From Tubulanus polymorphus (taxonomy: Eukaryota; Animalia; Nemertea), in contig NC_134029.1 in the NCBI RefSeq assembly GCF_964204645.1, positions 5,704,001 through 5,768,000 of the forward strand: a stretch of DNA of 64,000 bases. Reading direction: 5' to 3'. Position numbers and translations under genes: made by a program. Shown piece by piece: positions 54,720-64,000 of the stretch; positions within the stretch are counted from its first letter, which is position 1, and every line of letters begins with the position of its first letter. The notes beneath the pieces were generated by a model. It searched no databases. It was not told the DNA's origin and was given only the letters and a program-made list of their open reading frames with translations.

Positions 54720-54959
54720 CACGGCTGCCAACCAACCTCTGAAAAGTGCTATCAGCAACGAGCTGAATTTTGAATCGTTATCAATAACATTTCAAAATAC
54801 ATGACACAAGAAAGAAAACGTTCAAATTAATCAGTAATCAACATTTAGACCCTTAGTAACATCTTTCACATTTCTGTACGCACCAAACAGATCACATTGG
54901 TATTTTTCGGGACAAAATCGTAACGAAATGCTGAAAATCAGGAACGGTCGACAGCTCTG
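54720..54959. mobile_element. Second copy of the 27035-27219 MITE
   Basis: Collinear similarity to 27035-27219. Confidence 0.65.
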
Positions 54960-57900
54960 GTTATGCATTTTGACCGTAGATGATGCATTAACTTAATTCA
55001 GATCAACACAAATCCGTGTCGATTAGTCGGGAAAAGCATATTATGTTTTTAACTCGACTATATCGAGAAAAGGCCATTGAAGATCGATCATAGATCGATC
55101 ACGCGAAAAGCGCGAGATTAACCTTTATTATTCATTTTAAAAAAAGCGAGATACGAATAACGCGAAGGCCGTTTCACAGATCACGGGGAATCGAATTATA
55201 ATCTAGGTTGACGAGGCTTATGAATATGATTGAGTGGTTTCACTTTGACGTATCGATGGCGACAATATCGAAGGCACGCGTGGCTTTGCATGAATTAACG
55301 CGAACGCGCTACTGAAGGCTGTCGTCGGTTCAGATCAAATTCCATTAATGTGTCGCACGACTCGCATACATTCAATGACTTAACCGAAGTTCTAAATTTT
55401 CACATCGCTTCGACCATCGTCAAAAGTACAGTAGACTACGGGGAGGGTTGTTGAGAATGTTTCCCGAACACTATTTATGAAATAAATTCAACTCGGATAT
55501 CATACAAGTCGAACACACTTTTACCGTTCCATAAGGTCCCATTTGAGTGGAGTCTTTTTTCAGCAGGCTTTATATGGAGAATATTTCAAACTGAGCGTAA
55601 CGAAGTGATTACAAATTTTATTGCTGTTTATAGAATCAACCGTTTGGTCAGGAGAAACAAGGTACAGCAGACATCAGAGTCAGATCCGATCAACTCGGAT
55701 ATTTGTCGAAATATCTATTGCGACTGCGTATGAAATGTACACAACATCCAACTCGGATATCACCGAGTCGAACACATTTCTTCAGTCCCAGACTCGAGGG
55801 AAGTCTACCATATCATTCTTTAGCCTAAGTTCAAAAACTTACAACAAATGACTTCGAAGAGAACTTTTTTGTTCGGTCATTCAGCGGCAGATGTCGTGAT
55901 AACTGCATGAAATTCGCGTTAATGCCGAAGCCCGTATGTAATAAACGATGAAAGATTCATAACGCGAAGCTTTCACTTTTCAATACGCTTCACCGGCGAC
56001 GTTAAGCGCCGGCCGATGAAATAATCATGCCGATACAGCCAACGACAATAGGTTCAGACACGGTCGAAACATCGACGCAAACAACAGGTCATAGGAAGCG
56101 ACGCGAGCGCGCATTGTCATTAGCGGCGTTCTGGTTCGAACAATGGGCGCCATACGTGCACGTACACCTGATATAATCCCAGATTGAATGCTCGGCTCTC
56201 GAGGCGCATCCCGCCCTGAAAACACACGGCAGACAAAGGCACCGCGTATGAAAACATGCAATACGAGATTCAAGACTCGAAAATGAAATGCCATTTTAAT
56301 GAAAACCCGATTGAAACGAAACACGTAGAAAAGTTCGAAGCTTAACTTCGTCTAAACTACGCTTATACACCACAAAATAGAACGTTGGCGAATTCACTGG
56401 ATAAATTAACCAGGCAGCACACTTTACACACATAATTAGATCAATTTCATGGTGGATGTTATTTCAAAAAGTATATTCAACCTTCCATTATCAGCTACTG
56501 CCTCGTCCGTCTGTCATAACTTAACATTCCCGAATACAAAAATTAAGAGAGAAATTTAGTTCATTGTTGATTAAAACGATGCTCAGATTTTGAAATAAGA
56601 CCGAGTCAAAGTCACCCGCCACCCTCAGTTCTCTGCCCAAAAATCTTATCTCCGAACGAAAAAATTCTTAATGATACATACCTAATAAAATATCGTTCAG
56701 AACTCGGTTGTAAACTCAGATTGACGAACTTCAGTCTGGAAAGACAAAAATATCTGAAATGTTAACACAATTTCAACACAGAAACGTTTCAACCATTTGG
56801 TGATCGAGCTAATCTTTTCACTGTGCCAATAATGCTGGTACCAGTACTCTGTTTTTTAACACATGGAGTACTAGCAATTTTCTACTACTTAGCTTTACCT
56901 TTACCTACCCTATTGTAATAAGTCTATTCTAACAAATAAGCCAACTCTCAAAGGTCAGCTCACAAATTCAAATCACATTTTCAAATTGCGGGGTTTTACG
57001 AGATACAATCCCGAATGCAGTTGTCCCGACGGGAAGGGGATACAAGATTCGATCCTACTAATAATACGACAAATCGATCATCTTCGCCGAATGCGACGCT
57101 ATGGCGATGATAATTATCAATCGCAGTCATCAAGAGGAGTCATTATGTTTCCGTGCAACAACGCAACAATTAGCCCTGACTCACCGCCAGCAGCGTCATC
57201 ACCGCCGCTGTTACAGAGATAAAAGCATAAAATTACATACTTCACTCGGCCTGAAAGACAATAGACGCATTTACACGATAAAGAAATATCTGTCGTTAAT
57301 GTATCGACGAAGAGGTGCAAGAAATCAATTTTTCTGAAGCTTCATTTACTTATAACAATTAGGCAAAGAGCGTCGAACAGGATGAATCACTGTTGTATAC
57401 TTCGTCTCCTGTTCCAGCATTCCGTGGTGGCGGTGCCGATGGTTGGATACTGCCGCTGCGCTCTATCCCATCACGACACGAGTACCCGCGCGATACTCGT
57501 CATCTTGAAATATTGACAATAACACCCCTTACACGTGTATATTTCGAACTCAAATTATGATAAGAAAACTTCAGCCGCATATCTGGACTCGAGGCTCGTA
57601 GCTGCTTTTGTTGTAGTGAAACTCAGCTAGTGGTTTAACCCTTTAGCCACGATTCGACTTTCCCAGAGAAGAATTATCCAGATTTCCATCCATGGACAAC
57701 AATTTTCAGCATGAAATCCACATATATTACAAATATCAAGGGAAAACCTGAACGAGAGCATACAAAATTGGTTACATAGGAACCGGCTTGCTCCAAGCCC
57801 GTAATTATAACTGGACACACCTTTAACGATTAACGTATAGATTGTTGCATTCACCATGCAACGGTGTACTGCCATTTCAACTTGTTACGGCTCCTTATAG

Positions 57901-59616
57901 AACAGGCTGGCTTTCATAAGTCCTTATCATCGAAAATGCGGCTGGCTTTTAAAAAGGGGACCCAGTAACTATAAACGAGGCTTTAAGTGGACTTTCGTGG
58001 TCTAGATTGGCCTTCAGAAAAACCCAACATGGTCATTTTTCTCGCCAGCCAACTGGGCGCGCCATAAAAACCATTTATTAACATCAAAGGTATAAACAGA
58101 GATAAATGTAAAAGAAAAAACTTTTTATATTCAACCCCTCCCCTCCATTCACAAGATAATATATATATATATATATATACAAATATATATATACATGCAT
58201 TATGATATGAGAATACTCCCTAAAATTATCACCCGCTTTTTTATCTCGAGGTTTACCGAAAACAAAAACTGATATCATGTTCAGTCGATTATGTTTCTAT
58301 TCAATCGGCACAAATTGACAATTCGCGAGGGACTGACAATGTTATTGCTAACGGCAACATCAAATCCATTGCCAGCAGCCTCAGGTGATTACACACTCAT
58401 TAACAATAGCACACCGCGTTCTCTATCCGCGCCCCACCCATCACAACGCCGCACAGAGCCCTCTATCCGAACGCGAACGAACTAAACAAATAAGGCAACA
58501 CCCAAATATTAGCGATTTTCACCTCGGTGGATTTTTATCGATCGCGTCGAGCTATTAAACCGGCGCCGCGAAGCGACGACAAGATTCTTCTAGAACGTCG
58601 ACATAAAAATTCCCGGAGCGCAAATTCACGCGAAAAAAAAATAATCTGCGTTTAAACGAAATAAAACCGTAGGATCTAAAGTTCTATTTAGATACATGTG
58701 TAAATAATCGATGTTTTCCCGCGAAATTGAAGCTTCTCATTTTCTACCCCCATAACTCCATAAATAACAGTAAAACCAATCTAACATTATCGGTTATTAC
58801 TTACCGTCAAGCCCAGGGGCCAGTTTCACATTGACGAAAATAATGACTCGGGTTAATTAGCCTAATAAATGTCAGACTTTTAATCCTTTTTTGTGCAAGT
58901 AGAGAACATAGATCATATTCATCAAACATAGATCATATTCATCAATGGATTTGACCTATTTTGATCCCACAGCGTTTAACCCTTTTGTAGCATGCCGCCA
59001 CAGTCCTGTTTTTCGAGGATTAAATAAAGGCAGTCATAGCTACTTACAACTAGTTCACTCGCCCTTTACCTGACCTATATCTTATCCTATTTTATTACAG
59101 CCCTTCTACAATGGCACTGCGTGGGCTAGCAGGGGTTAGACTAATGCTGTTCTGTTCAGGCCCTTTGATGATGCAATCTAAACTAACTGCGGCTATCGTA
59201 GTAGGTCGACCAGTTAGGATTTCATATCATACATTGATGGGCAAAAATATAGCACAAAGAAAGACACGACAACGACAAAGGCCCAAATGGGAAAGAAAAT
59301 TAAGATAGTTTCATGTGTAGCTCGGCTCCCAGGTTCAGTTACATTCTAAAAATTCCCGAAGAATTAACTTCAGTTTTTGAATTGACTTGTCTTGCTCTGT
59401 GTCTACCACCAAATACACTATGATTTTTCACTCATGCATGGACTAGTCTCTGGATGGCTCATCCAAACTCACTGAGCGAAGACGGGTCCCAAAATGATCT
59501 GGCCCGCACGGCCCACCGCCTCGACGCGGCCCGGTGGCAATAACGCCGAAATTATCTTTGTATTTGTTTAAAAACGGGTTATTTGATTCCCGATGGCTGA
59601 TTGTGAAGACTTATAC

Positions 59617-60000
59617 CTGGTTCCTAGATCAGGCGCATCAGTTTTCCGCGGATTGGTTTGTATATAGAGAATTATTAGAGCTATTTACCGGTTGAATTTA
59701 ACTATAATCTGCGCAAATCGATGAAACTTCACGTACAGCAAAAAACAAAATGGACGCCGAAATTAAACGCGGTAACGCGCACGGATTAATACGGATTGAA
59801 AAATTAATCAGATTTCATCCTGATTAATATAATCAACAATTTTGAACAAATGTATTTATAGATTTTTAAAATTCATGTGTTACTCATAAAAGTATTTTAT
59901 GAATTCGCGAAGGGTACATGGTAAATAGTAAATTCAATTCAGCTTTATTTCTACAAATAAAGATGGCGCAGTAAACCCGGAAATGTCATATTTCTTGTCA
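59617..60000. promoter_or_regulatory. Probable bidirectional promoter hnRNP K / DET1 with putative non-coding first exon of hnRNP K
   Basis: YY1-like AAGATGGCG (59960-59968), ETS CCGGAAAT (59977-59984), CAAAATGG near 59746; minus-strand donor CAG|gtataa at 59617; lies between the divergent genes. Confidence 0.5.
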
Positions 60001-60766
60001 CTTCACGTATAGCATAGAAATCTCAAAATCTTTGTTAAAACGTGGGTTCAGCGTCAAGGGTTCTTAAATGTCATAAACTATACTATTTCGGGAGTAGCAC
60101 TTTAAGTGTCCCTGCTATGGTAAATGCCGTCGATAATGTCATAGATGAACGAACAACCAACGCAATAGTCTGAAATACCAGGCAGTCGTTGTTTACGGTT
60201 CTGAGGAACAACGGCTAGGTACTAGACTACCCAACGCAACCGTTGTTTTTGTGAGTTTTTGGACGGTTGCAACGCCCTCCCTGCCGCTCCAGCCACACTC
60301 TTGTCCTCTCCTGAAGCCTTCAAGATTCCAAGCCTTCTTCAAGCAATTTCCTCTCTACCCATGGCATAGGCCTACCTTCCATACCAAGACCTACACCGCA
60401 GTGTTTTCAATGCTGGTACATTAGGCCGCCCTAGGGCTATATATGTTTTTTACATACTTTATGTTTATTTTTACAAAAGCCATTCGATAATCTTTTTCTT
60501 CTGTTATCTTAACACAGATGCGCACCTGCTAATAAGTACTCATCTTATGAGGCTTTAGCATTAACTGATAGATAGATATTCTATTGAATATAAGTTCTAC
60601 ACCCGGACAGTGATAGAAAGGTGACCTAAACTGCAGTAAAAAGTTGAAACCTTCCTCAATTCATAGAAATATTGTGGGTTTTTCTCCAGTTAAATTGAAT
60701 TGTAAACTAGTCTTTTATCTGAAAATATTTTCTACTTCAGCATTGACAAAACTGGAAAGAGCAACG

Positions 60767-63101
60767 ATGCTCGGCAGCCACAGAAACCGGAAAAGCAAAT
60801 CGGACTTTCTGTCGATAATTGATTCGATGCCAACATCGACGAATTGTGGAATCGTTCCTCGCAAAATTCCCAATCAGAATATCGTTCATCGTCTTCTTCA
60901 ACGCGAAATCCACTCGTCGACCGCCGGAACGCAGTTTCACATCGCTAGAAAACTCTACACGAACGTGTTTCCAAATTTCACGATCGTAAACGTGGAAAAA
61001 CCACCGTGTTTCTTGCGTAAATTCTCGCCCGACGGACGTTACTTCATCGCCTTCTCCGCCGATCAGACGTCGATCGAAGTCTACGAGTTCTGCGGACCGG
61101 CCGCCGCCGAGGACCTCCTCGTGAACATCCGCGGCGAATACATCGCCAACGAGACCGACCCGACGCTCGTGAATATCCGCAATAAATTGTTCGAACGATT
61201 TTTCAAGTTAAAGCATGTGACGGCCGTCTCGTCGAACGGAGAACATCTGAACCGTGAATGTAGTTTATTTACGGACGACGGAAAGTACGTAATCGTCGGC
61301 TCCGCCGTTTATATACCCGAAGATCCGCATCCGTATTTCTTCGACGTTTACCGAAACAACGAATCGGTGTCGCCGAACTTACGATCGCCGCTCGAGGATT
61401 ACTCGCTGCATCTCGTCGACCTCGAAACCGGACGTCTTTGCGACACGCGTTCGTTTAAATGCGACAAGATTTTCCTGTCTCATAACCAGGGCTTGTACTT
61501 GTATAAGGACACATTCGCCGTTTTGTCCGTGCAGCAACAAACGATTCATATATTCCAGGTGACGGCCGACGGCAGTTTCATTGATGTTCGGTCGATCGGA
61601 CGATTTTGCTACGAAGACGACGAGTTGATCGTATCGGCGATGCAGCAGTCGACGGTGACGAATTCGCGGCAGGTTCGCACGTTTTGTGAAGCGCCGATAA
61701 ACTCTCTGAAACACCGGCTGCTCGTGTTTCTGCATAAACGCGCGTTGCAGGAACGCACGGCGATCGCGCTGCGTCGGTTCTATCAGTACTTCGATCAGTT
61801 CCGTTTGCTGCGCATGTGGAAGATGCAGCTGCTCGACGAGAACCATTTGCTGATCAAGTACGCGAGCGAGGAAGTCGTCACGTTGCGCATCGCCGATCCG
61901 AATTCGCAGCCGTCGTTCTTCGTCGTTTACAACATGTTGACGACGAACGTTCTCGCCGTGTTCGAGAACACGTCCGAAGAGCTGCTCGAGTTGTTCGAAA
62001 ATTTCTGCGACCTGTTCCGCAACGCGAACCTGCACTGCGACGCGCAGTTCACGTGTTCGGCATCGAGTAATATATTCGCGCGGCAAATACAACAGCGATT
62101 CAAACAGACGATTATCAACGCGAAATACGGCGGCCAAACGGAAGCCGTTAAACGCCTGCTGGCTCAGTTACCGATAAGCGGACAGTCGTACAGCAGTAGT
62201 CCTTACCTAGACTTATCCTTATTTAGTTATGACGATAAGTGGGTTTCTGTTATGGAAAGACCAAAAGCCTGCGGCGATCATCCAATCAGGTACTTCAATT
62301 TTGTGTGATGGCTTTTTGTCCCCATAATTTCTTGTAAATGGGTCTCAGATAGGTACATTGCATACATAACAAATACATGTTAGAAATATCTTTGATTTTG
62401 CAAAACGTATAAATTATTGTTTTTACTGATAGAATCGTTCATAGCCAGGCACTAGCCTATCTTACTGTTTGCTGTGAATTCGAAATTCGGCTAGGCCATC
62501 TTCTAAAATTCGTCTTGTTGAACCACTTTATGGTTCACGATCTTTTTCCATCTCAGCACCTCATTTTTCGAATGATTTGCCAAACACATGCGTAACCAAC
62601 AATCAAGGGTGATTATTAACATTTTTATCCAAAGACTGTCACTGTTTAATTGGATACATATTTTTCAAAGACCTGTAAGATTGTTTTAATGTTAAGTGCT
62701 TTTGAATAATGAATTATTATTATTATCAAGGTTGGAATTCTGAGGCCAGTTGCACAGCAAAGCATAGATTTAATATCAGTCTCAGTCCATTTTTGCTCCG
62801 TTACTGATGAATAGGCAGATGGGTCCCCTTGACACAAAGTAAACAATCATTTTACTATTTGGCGATGAATATCAGAAATATATTTTTCTCATTGTATTTA
62901 TTTTTCAGGTTCTACGCTCGGGATTCTGGTCTTTTAAAGTTTAAGATCTATGCCGGTGTTTTGGGTAGAAATCCACCACCAGCCGCTCGAAGATTGGTTG
63001 CATTTACATTTCATCCTAGCGCTCCCTTTGCTGTAAGCGTTCAAAGGACTAATGCTGAATATGTAGTGAATTTTCATATTAGACATAGTCAGTCTCAATA
63101 A
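60767..63101 (+). CDS. DET1: DET1 (de-etiolated 1 homolog; COP1-DDB1-CUL4 adaptor), about 571 aa
   Basis: Exons 60767-62289 and 62909-63101 (AG|gtactt ... tttcag|G TTC). Motifs [79 protein letters not shown]. Confidence 0.96.
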
Positions 63102-64000
63102 ATAATGAAATTGTTGATGGAAAAATACTAATTTTTATAAGATATATATCTTGTTGTTTATTCATTTTTAAGTCTTAGTTTTCTTTGGTATTGTTGATAA
63201 TGTATTAATTGTGGTTGGCTGAGTATTGGAGGAAACATACTCTTCTGTTGTACCAGGCCCCATAACTTGACTTGTTGTTTTCTCATCACCAGCACTTCGT
63301 ACCAGCTAGCTCAACCAGCGATGATCCTGATATGGCATAGAGATGTGAATGTAGGCACCAGGGTCCCAGGTTCGCGAAGGGGGTTTAACTCAAACTCGAT
63401 GATAATTCGAATTGAAAGTGGTAATCCTTGGAGTTGACAGCATTTGGTTTACTTGACTTCTTTACACTTCTTTTAACTTCACTAAGGTAAAGCGATTATG
63501 AGACGTACGTCTCTAAGTGATACAGGAGCTCAAAGCTAGCTATTCCAGATCTCTATAGAGATGAGATAGGCACCTTATGGTATTTGGTTTGCCTCAACGA
63601 CGTAACAAAAGATGCGCTCGTTTTTGGAACATTCTGTTGATTAGGGAGACGCCTTGTTTGGGTTTGACATTGGGTTTGACGGTCGGACATAGAGAAGACA
63701 AAAGTATAATTTTTAGCGTTTTCGGTAAGTAACCTCTTAATTTTACTTTTGATTATAGGCCTGTGAAGTTTCAGTAGCTTTTGTTCCTTAAACGTGTAAA
63801 AACACTTAAGAAAATCTACAAAAAGTAGACAAATCAAACAATATTTTTCAGTAAGAGAAATACAATTCCACATACATGTATATTCATTCTAAAATATATT
63901 TGAAAAAAATGAAAATAATTCAGATCAAAATCTTCCGTTAATGTAATCAAGAATTAATAAATATCCGTATTCGGTTGTCATCGTATCATCCCTTGATCAG

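Noticed and set aside
55480-55800. Three spaced copies of caactcggatat, superficially array-like
   Set aside because: Irregular spacing, eukaryotic context and no cas genes; fits decayed Tigger/pogo-like terminal repeats.
60644-60766. N-terminal extension of the DET1 ORF from a TTG start
   Set aside because: Overlaps an intron ending ttctacttcag at 60740; the first in-frame ATG is at 60767.
61379-62137. 252-aa antisense ORF in DET1 (also 8579-8998 and 32047-32439)
   Set aside because: Shadow ORFs from C/G-ending codon bias on the coding strand.

Overview
AT-rich, intron-rich animal (invertebrate-like) genomic DNA with four spliced protein-coding genes arranged as two head-to-head pairs. (1) A minus-strand EF-hand + WD40 gene of the WDR49/CFAP337-WDY family runs off the left edge; its constant exons (68-7239) sit below at least six ATG-initiated, phase-0 candidate alternative first exons (8.5-18.8 kb). 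(2) SNAPC3 (+, 20181-22761). (3) hnRNP K (-, CDS 28602-45800, probable 5' end near 59.7 kb) hosts a perfect miR-7 in its last intron and has a cluster of candidate hairpin-masked alternative/poison exons in KH1. (4) DET1 (+, 60767-63101). Introns carry several MITE families, tRNA-like SINE heads and inverted Penelope-type ends with hammerhead-ribozyme cores. Exon boundaries were derived by hand from GT-AG sites and reading-frame continuity; no database search or RNA data were available, and comparisons to other species are recalled knowledge that needs checking.
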